Assembly: GCA_963757495.1 (NCBI GenBank)
Contig: CAVWRZ010000013.1
Location: forward strand, 9,281 to 73,280
Origin: an uncultured Alphaproteobacteria bacterium
GTDB lineage: Bacteria > Pseudomonadota > Alphaproteobacteria > Rhodobacterales > Rhodobacteraceae
DNA: 64,000 nucleotides
Direction of reading: 5' to 3'
Made by a program: the position numbers and the translations under genes. Shown one piece after another: positions 1 through 10,459 of the stretch. The notes beneath the pieces are model-generated. The model was not told the DNA's origin. It did not search any database and saw only the letters and a program-made list of their open reading frames with translations. Numbering within the stretch: position 1 is the stretch's first letter; each line of letters starts with the position of its first letter.

Positions 1-51
1 CGGCACGAGCCGGTCGAGGTCGCTCAGATCGTGGCGGAACAGGACGGTCAT
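1..51 (-). CDS. N-terminus of a gene running off the window edge (MTVLFRHDLSDLDRLVP...), probably the next gene of the polysaccharide operon
   Basis: ATG at 51-49 overlaps the TGA (50-48) of the upstream gene (ATGA coupling); only 17 codons visible. Confidence 0.5.
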   Translation of the reverse strand, partial: MTVLFRHDLSDLDRLVP

Positions 52-1992
52 GACGCCCCCGATGCATCGTAGCCGAGCGCCGCGCAGCGGTCGGCGAAGT
101 CGGGGATGGCGGCCAGGATGGCGGCCCTGCGGGCGGCATGCTCGGGCGCGCGGCCGCGTCCGATTCCGGCGGTCTCCAGCGGGCGGAGGCCGCCCAGGGC
201 CCCCTCGGTCATCGAGTTGCGCGGGCGGGCTTTCGCCGCGTCCAGATAGGTACCGAGCGGGCGCGACAGCGGAAGGCCCAGCCGTCCGGGCACCGCAGCA
301 CCCGCCTCGTCAGGCGCGCGCACCATGTCCTCGTAACGCAGGAGGATCACGTCGTCCCCGCCCCGTGCCGCCGTCACGGCATCGTGCAACCGAAGCCAGC
401 GGTCGATCGAGACGTAGTATCCGCGCGTCGCGGGATAAGCCTTGTGCATGGACGTCAGGCAGTCGAGCGGATCGCGGACCATCACGAAGAAGACGGGGCG
501 CGTCCCCCGCGCGGTCGCGGCCTCGCGGATCGCGTCCAGGTACAGCACGTCGTCGGGCAGCTTGGTGACGAGGTGGCGTGCGCCGCGCGGCGGCGCGGCG
601 ATGGCATCGAGGGCAGGCCGCTCCTCTCCCGAGCCGGTCAGCCCATCTACGCAAGCCTCCAGCATGAGCTGGAACAGGGTCGAGCCGCTGCGGGGGAAAC
701 CGCAGATCACCGCGTGGACTTTGGGTGCGGGCCAGCGGGGGCGCCATCGCCTGTGCGCCCCCGCGACGGGCCGAGCCGCCGTGCGCGCCGCATCGTAGAT
801 TGCAGGGTAGCGCAGGACTTCGCGGTGCCAGCTGCGATCGCCGATCTCGCCGGTGCCGGACCAGGGCGCGTCGACGAACCCTTCGATCCCGTCGGCAAGC
901 CCCTCGGGCGTGGGGGGCGTGAAGCGCACATCCGCGCGTCCGCCCAGCAGTTCCTGCATGGCGGGCAGGTCCGTGGACAGGACCGGAACGCCCACCGCCA
1001 GCGCCTCGAGCGGCTTGAGGGGGGTCGTGAGCCGCGCCACGGCCGCTGGGCCGCGCGTGACGACGAAAAGGTCCAGATCGCCCAGGAACGTGGGCATGCG
1101 CGAATAGGGGACGAAACCGGGAAGGTCGACGACGTCCTCCAACCCCAACGCGCGACGCAAGGCCAGCAGGCGCTCCATTTCGGGACCGTCGCCCGCCAGC
1201 GTGGCGCGCAGCCCCCCCGCGAGGTCGGGACGGCGGTCCAGCAGGACGCGCATCGCGCGCAGGAAGCCGTCGAGGTTCTCCATCCTGGCGAAGGTGGTGG
1301 CGTAGCCGATGTGGACCGGCTCCCCCGGGGGGCGCTGCCGCCGCGGGACGGCACCCGGGTGGAACGAGGTCGTGTCGACCGCATTGCGCACGACGTGGAT
1401 ACGGGCCTCGGGCACGCCGCCGGCGGCCAGACGCTCCGCCAGGCCGTCGGCGATGGTGACGACGGCATCGGCTTCGCGCGCGGTCCGCATCTCGAGCGCA
1501 TTGACGCGGTGGCCACGCAGCCGGTCGCGCGGTGCGCCGGTGTCGAGGTTGTAATCGCCGTTGAAGCAGCGCAGCTCGAAGACGAAGGGCAGGCCCAGGC
1601 CGCGCGCCGCGGCCATCGCGGGGCGGGCGGACTGGTGGGGGTGGTGGGCGTGCACGATCTCGGTGCCGGTGTGGCGGAAGATGCTCGAGAGTTCGGCGGC
1701 CATCGCGGGGCCCGTGACGGGGGCGAAGCCGACGGCCGGGCGCTCCCAGCTCCGTGGGCCGTCGAGGCCGTCGGGGCCGTGGCGGGCGGCGCGCAACTGG
1801 CGTTCGGGCGCCCAGGCGGCGGTGCGGAAATCGGGGTCCTGGCCGGCGGCGAAGGTGGGATAGGGCGATATGGCCACCGTCGGCGTCCAGCCCAGCACCG
1901 TCCTCCTGGGCGGAGACGAGCGCGGCCGAGCGGATCGTGTAGCCGTCGATATGGGGCCAGCCATAGTTCAGCACGTGGACGACGTTCACCAT
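48..1992 (-). pseudogene. GT4 glycosyltransferase fused to a C-terminal sulfotransferase domain; one apparent frameshift near 1900 (pseudogene or sequencing error)
   Basis: N-terminus MVNVVHVLNYGWPHIDGYTIRS (ATG 1992, coupled to the upstream stop) is in a different frame from the body (LGWTPTVAISPY...HAHHP...TTPLKPLEALAVGVPVLSTD); C-terminus has ICGFPRSGSTL (5'-PSB loop), VRDPLD and LRYED sulfotransferase motifs. Confidence 0.8.
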
Positions 1993-3629
1993 TCGACGCT
2001 CCGATCCGCCTGCGTCAGCCACGGGCAGGGCCGGTGCGACACGACCAGCGTGACGCGGCCCCGGCACCATGCCATCAAGAGCCGCTGGACCTCGCTCTCG
2101 GTTCCCATGTCGAGCGACGACGTCGCCTCGTCGAGGAGGATCGCATCGGGCGCGCGCAGCACGGCGCGCATCAGTCCCACGATCTGCCCCTGCCCGGAGG
2201 ACAGCCCCGTGCCGCCCGCCCCGATCAGGGATCCATCGAACGGGACCGCCGCGCCGTCATCCTCGCGCATCAGCCGCCGGAGACCGTCGATCAGGGCGTC
2301 GTCCTCGACGGGCCTTCCGTCGGAGAACAGGTTGTCGCGCAGAGACCCCTCGAACAGCACCGGCTTCGCGCCGACATAGAGGATCCGTCCCGGCGCCAGC
2401 GCGGAGACCGGGGTGGCGTCGTCCAGCCGCACCTCGCCCGCATCGGGCTCCAGCAGGCCCGACAACAGCAGCGCCAGCGTCGTCTTGCCCGCCCCGGTCC
2501 GACCGGTCAGCGCCGTGATGCCCCGGTCCAGCCGCATGTCGAGACCCCGGATCACCGGCCGCTGGCCCCGGTATCCGAATATGACGCTTCGTGCCTCTAT
2601 GCCGTCGATCCGGGCATGCGCGACGGGCAGCAGGTGAGGGGACGGATCGAAGTACAGCGACAGGCGGCGCAGCGCGGTCATCGTCTCGGCCGTCTGCCCC
2701 GTCATCTGACCCAGCTGCGTCAGCGCGGCGAAGAGCTGCAAAGTGAGGAACAGCACCGCGAAGAGATCGGCCGCGGTCAGACGCTCCGCGGCGATGAGAT
2801 GCGCGCCCAGCACCGCCAGAAGCAGGAATCCCGCCCCGTTCAGCGCCAGCAGCGCCGCCCGCCCGGTCTGCGCCAATACGGCCTGCCTGGTCATCACGTC
2901 CGACAGCGCGCGCTCGTCGGCCAAGAGGCGCGCGCGCTGCGTTTCGGCCAGACCGAACTGGCGCAGCGCGACGGCGCGGTCGAGCTCGCAGAGGTCGCGC
3001 GCCCGCTCGCTCAGGTCCGACTGGCGACGGAAGCGTTCCCCCGTCAGGGCCATCTGGCGCATCAGCAGCACGGCCAGCACCGCGCCGAAGAGCGACCAGC
3101 AGGACGAAGAGGCTCAACGCGAGCGCAGATCCCCTCCACAGGAGCAAAGCCGCCAGACCCAGCGTCCATAGCCCGACCACCAGCACGGCCGAGAACGCCT
3201 CGACGTAGAAGCGCGTCGCCGTCGGCGTATCGGTCAGCAGGATCTCGCGCAGCTCGGCCATCGGCACACCGGCCAGATCCTCGTAGCGGGCTGCCGCGAT
3301 GTGACGGCTTAACCGGTCGAACAGGAGCCCGCGCCACCGTGCGGCGATCGTTTCCTGGCGCAGGAACCGCAACGAGACCACGGCGAAGAGCCCGAGGGCC
3401 GCCGCCAGCCCTGCCGCCACCAGCCCCGCTCCGGCCAGGGCGCCCCCGGATGCCCCGGCAAGCGCGAAGCGGGCCAGGGCCGAGACCGCGAAGAAGGCCG
3501 CGACCTCCAGCGCCACGAGCATGGCGAGTCCCGCCGCCGCGCCCGGCGCGCCCGGCAGGACGCGCATCAGCGGCGCGATCATGGTCACGATCAGGCGCGG
3601 ATCGGCACCCGCACGCAGCACGTCCTCCA
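1986..3629 (-). pseudogene. Fused ABC exporter (TMD + NBD); one apparent frameshift near 3090-3095
   Basis: Hydrophobic helices in ORF 2257..3687 continue in the other frame (ORF 1986..3080) with Walker A GRTGAGKTT, signature LSSGQGQ, Walker B ILLDEATS and H-loop VSHR. Confidence 0.8.
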
Positions 3630-3673
3630 TCCGGGCGGAACCGCGCAGGTGGGACTTGGCACCCGGCTCCGCC

Positions 3674-4882
3674 TCAACCCGGGACATGCGCCGCCCCTAC
3701 GGTTCGGCCGAACCCGAGCCGGCCGGTCGCGTCGTGCACCCTCAGCGGATCGGGCCAGGACAGCCCGAGGAACGCGGCATGCGCCACCAGCACGGCGACG
3801 CGGTCCTGCGCCAGCACCGTCTCCAGCGGTGCCTCGGGCAGGTCCGGGCAGGCGGCATGCGGATCGTGTACCACCACGCGCTCCGGATGACGCGCGGCCA
3901 GCGCAGCCGCGATGGCGCGGGCCGGGCTCTCGCGCAGGTCGCCCACGTCCGGCTTGTAGGTCAGGCCCAGCAAACCCAGCGTGCCCTGCCCCATCCAGGT
4001 CGAGAGCTCGGCCGCCACCTCGGCCGGGCGGGCGTCGTTGACGCGGCGCGCGGCCGAGAGCAGCGCCGCCGGCGCGGGCAGCCCGTCCTGGAGGAAGAGG
4101 GGATCGACCGGGATACAGTGTCCACCTACCCCGATCCCGGGCTCCAGGATCGAGACGCGGGGGTGGCGGTTGGCTCCTGCGATCACCTCGGCCGGGTCTA
4201 TGCCGTGATGGCGCGCGATGGCGGCGAGCTCGTTGGCGAATGCGATGGCCACGTCGCGCGACGCGTTTTCGGCCAGCTTCACCATCTCGGCGGTGCGCGC
4301 GTCGCTCACGTCGATCCGGCCCTCGCAGAACCGTGCCATCAGGGCCGCCGCCCGTGCGCCCGCCTGAGCAGTGACGCCCCCGACCATACGGTCGTTGCCG
4401 CGCATCTCGCGATAGATGTCGCCCGGCAGCACGCGCTCGGGGGCGTAGGCGAAATCGATGCCCCGCCCCGCCAGCCATGCGGCGAAGCGATTGGTCGTGC
4501 CCACGGGAGAGGTCGAGGTCAGCACCACCAGGTCGCCTGCCCGCAGGACCGGCTCCAGTCCCTCCATCGCGCCGTCGAGCATCGACAGGTCGGCGCGCCC
4601 GCCGCCCGCACCGTCTACCACGGCCGGCGTCGGCACGGCAAGAATGGAGGCTCCGGCGGGGCCGGGCGCGGACTCGACCGTCAACGCGCCGGTCCCGATC
4701 GCCCGGCGGAGGAGCTCGGGCAGCTCCCGCTCGCCCGCGAGGGCCCGGCCGGCGCGCACCCGCGCGCGCAGCCCTGCGTCCACGTCGACTCCTCGGACCG
4801 ACAGGCCCGACTGCGCAAGCAGGACCGCGAGCGGCAGGCCGACGTAGCCGAGCCCCACGACCTGGACGTCGATGGCCCTCAT
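3674..4882 (-). CDS. wecC: UDP-N-acetyl-D-mannosamine dehydrogenase (UDP-ManNAcA synthesis)
   Basis: VVGLGYVGLP Rossmann motif; YAPERVLPG, KLAENASRDVAIAFANE, GVGGHCIPVDP and GLTYKPDVGDLRESP motifs; ATG 4882 overlaps the wecB stop. Confidence 0.9.
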   Translation of the reverse strand: MRAIDVQVVGLGYVGLPLAVLLAQSGLSVRGVDVDAGLRARVRAGRALAGERELPELLRRAIGTGALTVESAPGPAGASILAVPTPAVVDGAGGGRADLSMLDGAMEGLEPVLRAGDLVVLTSTSPVGTTNRFAAWLAGRGIDFAYAPERVLPGDIYREMRGNDRMVGGVTAQAGARAAALMARFCEGRIDVSDARTAEMVKLAENASRDVAIAFANELAAIARHHGIDPAEVIAGANRHPRVSILEPGIGVGGHCIPVDPLFLQDGLPAPAALLSAARRVNDARPAEVAAELSTWMGQGTLGLLGLTYKPDVGDLRESPARAIAAALAARHPERVVVHDPHAACPDLPEAPLETVLAQDRVAVLVAHAAFLGLSWPDPLRVHDATGRLGFGRTVGAAHVPG

Positions 4883-6012
4883 GCCGCCGCCACCGCGCGC
4901 CCGGCATGCCAGGCCATCAGGTCGTCGACGATCCGGACGGCGGCGCGCCCGTCGCCGTAGGGGTTCGCGACTGCTGCCATCGCGGCATGGGCCGCCGGGT
5001 CGTCCAGCAGGCGGCACGCGGCTTCGAACAGGGCATTCTCCGACAGCCCGACCAACGCGGCGGCCCCGTCCTCGACGCCTTCGGGACGCTCGGTCACATC
5101 GCGGGCGACCAGGACGGGCACGTCAAGCGTCGGTGCCTCTTCCTGGATGCCGCCGCTGTCGGTGACGATCAGATACGCGTCGCGCATCGCGGCGATGAAG
5201 GCGGGATAGTCGAGCGGTGCCACCAGATCGACGGCGGGGCAACCGCCGAGCACGTCGTCCAGCACAGCGCGGACGTCGGGGCTGGGATGGACCGGCAGGG
5301 TGATCGCCACGTCGCCGCGCGCCGCCAGCCGGGCAAGCGCCCGCGCTATCGCGGCCATGCCGCCGCCCTCTCGTGCCTCGCGCCGGTGCAGCGTGACAAG
5401 GACGCGGCGTCGGCCAGCCGGCTCCGGCTGCGCAGGCTCGATGCGGCCGAGCCCCCACAGCAGCGCGTCGATGGCGGTATTGCCGGTGTGCAGGACATGG
5501 CCCGACAACCCTTCCGCGCGCAGGTCGCGAACCGCCCGCTCGGTCGGCGCGTAGCGGAAGCGCGCGATCCGGTCGATCACCTGGCGGTTCATTTCCTCGG
5601 GGAAGGGGCGCGACAGGTCGTGGGTCCGCAGCCCCGCCTCGACATGTCCCACCGGCAGTCCCGAATGGAAGGCGGCGAGCGCCCCGCCCAGGGCGCTGGT
5701 CGTGTCGCCATGGACCAGCACCACGTCGGGTGAAAGGTCGCGCAGCGCCGCGTCCATCCGCTCGATCGTTCGCCCGAGCACACCGCTCAACCCGCCCTCG
5801 CCCATCACGCCGAGGTTGTGATCCGCCGAAAGGCCGAAAAAGGCATGGATCGGGGCGACGAGGTTGCGGTGCTGTCCGGTCTCCAACAGCAGGGCGCTCG
5901 CACCCGAGCGGCGCGCCAGCTCCAGCGCGACGGGAGCCATCTTGATCGCCTCCGGCCGCGTGCCCACGACGCAGAGTACCCGCAAGGTCGCACCTGTTCC
6001 GTCCGCCACCAC
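4879..6012 (-). CDS. wecB: UDP-N-acetylglucosamine 2-epimerase (non-hydrolysing)
   Basis: VGTRPEAIKMAP, VHGDTTS, HVEAGLRT, PFPEEMNR, TDSGGIQEEAP and NPYGDGRAA motifs; GTG start near 6012 with upstream GGAG is an estimate. Confidence 0.93.
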   Translation of the reverse strand: MVADGTGATLRVLCVVGTRPEAIKMAPVALELARRSGASALLLETGQHRNLVAPIHAFFGLSADHNLGVMGEGGLSGVLGRTIERMDAALRDLSPDVVLVHGDTTSALGGALAAFHSGLPVGHVEAGLRTHDLSRPFPEEMNRQVIDRIARFRYAPTERAVRDLRAEGLSGHVLHTGNTAIDALLWGLGRIEPAQPEPAGRRRVLVTLHRREAREGGGMAAIARALARLAARGDVAITLPVHPSPDVRAVLDDVLGGCPAVDLVAPLDYPAFIAAMRDAYLIVTDSGGIQEEAPTLDVPVLVARDVTERPEGVEDGAAALVGLSENALFEAACRLLDDPAAHAAMAAVANPYGDGRAAVRIVDDLMAWHAGRAVAAA

Positions 6013-6082
6013 TCGCGCATCTCCCAGAACTGTAAGGTTTTTCGCTATCAGAGGGCGAAGGGAACCTCTATCCCCCGTGTTC

Positions 6083-7051
6083 ATGAAATACGAGATTCCC
6101 GAAATCGCGGTCGTCGTTCCCTCGCATCAGGCGCAGGCCACGCTCGATGCCTGCCTTTCAGGCATTTTCGGGGCCGGATTCCCCGCCGATGCCGTCACCG
6201 TCGTCGACGACGGCTCCCGTGATGCGACGGCGCGGATCGCGCGGGCGCGCGGCGTGCGCCTGCTGAGCAATCCCGAACCGTTGCGCCCGGCCCGCGCGCG
6301 CAATCGCGGGGCCGACGCCGTGGAGGCCGATGTCCTGCTCTTCGTCGATGCGGACGTGGTCCTCGCCCCCGGCGCGCGGGCCCGACTGGAGGCACATTTC
6401 CGCGATCCGAAGGTGACGGCCGTGATCGGGTCCTACGACGACCGGCCCGACTCCGGCAGCGTCGTCAGCGACTATCGCAATCTGCTGCATCACTGGGTTC
6501 ACCAGACGGCCGCGGGGAGATCCGACACGTTCTGGACCGGGATCGGCGCCGTTCGGCGCGGGGCGTTCCTGGCCGTGGGCGGCCTCGACCGCCAATGGGA
6601 GAATATCGAGGACGTCGAGTTCGGTCTCCGCCTGACCGCCCGGGGCGGACGCATCCTGCTCGACCCGGAGATCCAGGGCACGCATCTGAAGATCTGGACG
6701 CCCGCCTCGATGTTCCGGACCGACCTTCATGGCCGGGCGGTTCCCTGGACGCGGCTCCTGACGAGCGGACGGGTACCGTCAGGGCACCTCAACACGGGTC
6801 TGCGCCACCGGATCGCCGCCATGGGCGTCGCGACCGTGGGGGCCGCCCTGCCACTGGCGATCCTCTGGCCGATCGCGCTCTGGATGGCTCTTGCCGGCTC
6901 GGTAACGTTCCTCGCGGCGAGTCTGCCCTTCCTGAGGGCGCTGCAGCGGATCCGGGGAACCGGCTTCGCGGTGCGGGCGGTCCCGTGGCACGCGTTGCAC
7001 TACGCCGCCGCGCTGATCGGCTACGGCCGCGTCAGGTTGAGGCTGTCCTAG
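6083..7051 (+). CDS. GT2 family glycosyltransferase with C-terminal hydrophobic segments
   Basis: AVVVPS, VVDDGSRD, PARARNRG, LLFVDAD (DxD) and EDVEFG motifs; divergent from wecB. Confidence 0.88.
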   Translation: MKYEIPEIAVVVPSHQAQATLDACLSGIFGAGFPADAVTVVDDGSRDATARIARARGVRLLSNPEPLRPARARNRGADAVEADVLLFVDADVVLAPGARARLEAHFRDPKVTAVIGSYDDRPDSGSVVSDYRNLLHHWVHQTAAGRSDTFWTGIGAVRRGAFLAVGGLDRQWENIEDVEFGLRLTARGGRILLDPEIQGTHLKIWTPASMFRTDLHGRAVPWTRLLTSGRVPSGHLNTGLRHRIAAMGVATVGAALPLAILWPIALWMALAGSVTFLAASLPFLRALQRIRGTGFAVRAVPWHALHYAAALIGYGRVRLRLS

Positions 7052-7237
7052 GATCCGGGCCTGCGCAGTCGACCTCCGGTGCGCTCACACGGATCGGCAT
7101 GGGTCAACGCGGCGGAAAGGTCCCGGCGTCGCGACCGCTTGCGACTTCGGTCAGATCCTGACCCCGATCGAGCATCTTCCGGATCGATGCCAAGCTCAGC
7201 GATCCTCCAGACCGAAAGCGACTGTCGATTCGGCCCA

Positions 7238-7800
7238 GGACCCATCGATCCGGTTGCGGCCGGAGCGACTGCCTGCTTCGAGGCCCCGAACTTCGGGGTT
7301 ATCGATGAGCGACGTGTACTGGCCGGGCGAAGTCCGGATGGCCCGGCTTCGGCCGTGCTTTTCCGGGAGCCTTGGAATGCCGCGCGTCGACGACAGGCGC
7401 GTCCTTGGGCGGAGTACGGTCATCGACCGCAACGGCTTGCGCTGGCGCGATGCGCCCCGGGGAGCACGGCCCGCACGAGACGCTCCATGACCGCTGGAAA
7501 CGGTGGAGCGACATGGGTGTCTTGGCCTGGATCACGACGGGGCCTGTCGCCGAGGACCCGAACGACGAGACGATCCCGATCGACGCCACCTGCCCCGAGG
7601 CGCATCGCACGGCCTCGAGCCTGCGGGCGAAAGAGGGGGGCGCGGTCGCCCGATCGGTCGGACGAAGGGCGGCCTGGACCCTTGCCCGGCAGGCGATGCC
7701 CGCATCACCCAGAGGAGCGAGGCTGCATGCCGTCACGGATGCGGTCGGACGGCCGATCCGGTTCCTCGTGACCGCCGGAGGAGTGAGCGACTAGACCGGG
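7238..7800 (+). mobile_element. IS5 family (IS427-like) transposase remnant, frameshifted and truncated
   Basis: MSDVYW...MPRVDDRRVL...RNGLRWRDAP, RWKRWSDMGV, IDAT..AHRTASSL, RTKGG...LHAVTD..GRPIRF spread over several frames. Confidence 0.8.
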
Positions 7801-7834
7801 GCAAGGCAAGCCTCCGGGCTGACCGCCCCTACTT

Positions 7835-8020
7835 GACGGCATTCCACGGCAGCGGGTCGTTGACGCGGGTGATCTTTCAGTCGGGGATGCGGGCGAGGGT
7901 CTCGGCGCGCCAGGCCTGCGGGTCGGTGCCGTCGAGCTTGGCGGTCTCGATGAGGGTGCAGGCGATGGCGGCGGCGCGGCCGCCGGTGAGCGGGCCTGCG
8001 AAGAGGTGGATGAGATGACC
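7835..8020 (-). mobile_element. IS66 family TnpC C-terminal remnant
   Basis: HLFAG..GGRAAAIACTLIETAKLDGTDPQAW...LARIPD followed by a stop and KITRVND.LPW. Confidence 0.75.
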
Positions 8021-8077
8021 GGTTCCATGGATGCGCAGGGCAATGCGAGGCTCGGGGCGTTCGAAAGGAGAACGCTC

Positions 8078-9480
8078 ATGCGGGATCTCGACGCCTACGT
8101 CGGTCTCGACGTGCACGAGGAAACGATCACGGGAGCCATCGCCGCGGCTGGACGAGAAGGTGAAGTGCGATCATGGGGAGCGATCCCCGACGAGCGCACG
8201 GCGATCGATCGAATGCCGGAAGAGGATGGCCGCGCGCCACCCGACGGCTTCGTCTGCATATGAAGCGGGGCCCTGCGGATACGGCCTTCACAGACATCTC
8301 GGTTCGAAGGGTATCGACTGCCGTGTGACGGCACCTTCGAAGATGCCGGTGACCGCGACGCATCGTCGACACAAGAACGACACCAAGGATGCGGTTGCGC
8401 TTGCGCGTCTTCACCGCGCCGGAGAGCTGACCTGCATCTGGACGCCCGACGAAGGACATGAGGCGATGCAGGATCTGGTCCGGGCCCGGCGGATCGCGTC
8501 CCACCAGGTCCGCAAGGCCCGGCAGCGGATCGGCTGCTGCCTTTCGAAGTACGGCCGCCGTTACGGGCGCAAACGATGGGGCCGGACACATCGGACGTGG
8601 CTTGCGGACCTTCGGTTTGCCCATGCGGCGCAGCAGTCCGCGTTGCAAGGCCATGTCATCGAAGGAGAGCAGGCCGTGGCCCGCCGCGCGCAGGTCGACG
8701 GACGGATCGAGGTGCTTGTGCCGGAGTGGCGCTCGGCGCCCGTGGTGCGAGACCTCGCCGCGCTGCGTGGCGCCAGCGTGGCAATCGCCTCCGCAGTGGC
8801 CGCCGAGGTGGGCGACTTCTCGCGCTTCGCCGGTGCCCGACAGCTCATGAGCTCCCTTCGGCCTCGTGCCGGGGGAATACTCCAGCGGCGGGACGACACG
8901 GGCGCGCGGCATCACGAAGGCAGGGTTCTCGGACGTTCGGGCCTTGCTGTCCGAGGCAGCGTGGCTCTACCGGCTGCGACCCGAAGTCGGACACTGGCAG
9001 CGGACCTGTCGGGGAGATCCGTCCCGAGCGGCGCAGGATATCGCCTGGAAGGCACGGCCGAGGCTGCATGGTCGATATCGCCGCCTGACCCGGACGCGCC
9101 GGAAGCGCAGCCCCAGGTCGCCGTCACCGCCGTGGCCCGTGAGCTGGTCGGCTTCATCCGGGCAATCGCCGGGAATGTGGAGGAAACCGCGATGGCGAAC
9201 CGACTGTCCGCACCGCCGCCGGATCATCACGCCGCCGGTGGTCCGTATGCAGGGCGTCGAGACCGGTCCGAGGAAATCCCCGGGCAAGAATCCGGAGCCG
9301 GTCGCCATGGCCGGATCCGCGCAGGTAGACCGGGGCCGCCCTCCATGCCGCATCATCATCATGGGGCCGAACAGGATCCCCGAACGAGAGTTCGAGCAAC
9401 CGTCGCGACGACCTCAGTGCCCTGCACCCGCCCATCGGCGAAGACCTTCGACGTTCCGACCACGTATCGGGCGACCGATC
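8078..9480 (+). mobile_element. IS110 family transposase pseudogene with ~280 bp downstream non-coding region
   Basis: AGGAG RBS plus ATG 8078; YVGLDVH, YEAGPCGYG, NDTKDA (DEDD core), EVGDFSRF, EYSSG, GITKAG and VTAVARELVGFI motifs; frameshifts near 8220-8250, 8860 and 9110. Confidence 0.85.
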
Positions 9481-9499
9481 GTCTGCGTTCATGGAGTCG

Positions 9500-10400
9500 A
9501 CGACGGTCATGAGGGTCACGAGGGTCCTGGGGTCCTTCCCACGGAGACGGAGCGCACGGCACGTTCGGCCGTGTCGTCGTCGTCGTCGTCGATCTCGAGG
9601 GAGGCGTGGTCGGGACAGGGCCGGAGCCGCCTCATGCGGGCCGGGGCGCAGCGGATCGCGACGGCGAGGGGCGGAGATGCCGGGAAGCCGGGCGTGGAGC
9701 CGCGCCTGGAGGTCGTCGAAGACAGGCGCGACATTCGCCTGCCGGATCCCCACCCGCCCGTCCGGCGGCGAGCCCCGCGCGTCCTTCTCGACCGCGTGGA
9801 GCTGCGCGATGCGCGCGATGGCCTCGTCCCCTGCCCGGCCGTGCAGGTCCGCATGCCCGGGAGGGGGGCATGGCCGACCCTCGCCCTGTGGACGGGGGGC
9901 CCTGTGGACGGGGGGCCCTGTGGACGGGGAGCCCTGTGGACGGGGAGCCCTGTGGCACCACCGGTCCGGGACCCGTGGCGAACGGACCTGCGGCGCACAT
10001 GCCGCGCCCGGCGGTCCATCGCGAGGCGATGTCACGGGAGGGGCCCTGCGTCCCGTCCTCCTCGACCGGCCCCCCGGACCGATCGATCGCTGCGCGCCCG
10101 TCTCCGGACCCTCGCGGATGTCGCCGGGGCGGGAGAGGTGCCCGAACCCGGCATGGCAGCGGGCAGGGTATCCGCGCGGCGATGCCCGCAAGGAGGGAGC
10201 CCCGCCGGCCCGGGCGCGCGGGCGAGCCCCGCGCGCCACGCAGCACGACGGGCGGGCGCGGAGCGATGCCGGCCGGCGGTGGGGAACCGCCCCGTTCGCC
10301 ATGGGTCTCGCACCGATGGCGACCACATGGCTCACCGCTCGTCCCGGCCGTACGCCCGGAGCCGCGCCGTCGCCGCCCTGCCGGTGCAGGGGGCCGCCAT
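9500..10400 (-). mobile_element. IS66 family TnpC central remnant, heavily interrupted by short inserts
   Basis: AHVRR, GSA..DEAIARIAQLHAVEKDARG, LEID...TAERAVR.V.VGR; (GTC)6 expansion at ~9573-9590. Confidence 0.7.
9884..9955 (+). repeat. Tandem repeat, 4.5 copies of a 16-bp unit CCCTGTGGACGGGG(G/A)G
   Basis: Units start at 9884, 9900, 9916, 9932 and 9948 (partial); no spacers between them. Confidence 0.95.
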
Positions 10401-10459
10401 CTTCACCGGGGTATCGTCCATTGCCCGGCGGGCGATCGCGCGGCGATCTGCCGAACGGG

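Noticed and set aside
138-3890. 1250-aa plus-strand ORF and many other long Arg/Pro/Gly-rich ORFs in the track
   Set aside because: Antisense or off-frame shadows of real genes, expected at ~70% GC; no recognisable motifs.
48-7051. Glycan cluster as a flagellin glycosylation island
   Set aside because: It lies more than 30 kb from fliC, and no pse/leg/maf-type genes link it to flagellin.
8020-8045. CAGGGCAATG near the IS110 start as another family A copy
   Set aside because: Only a short partial match; no hairpin or GAGAGGG end.
8078-9190. Functional IS110 bridge recombinase
   Set aside because: At least three frameshifts; treated as a pseudogene.
9884-9955. Possible CRISPR array
   Set aside because: Units are directly adjacent with no spacers, only 16 bp long, and no cas genes are present.
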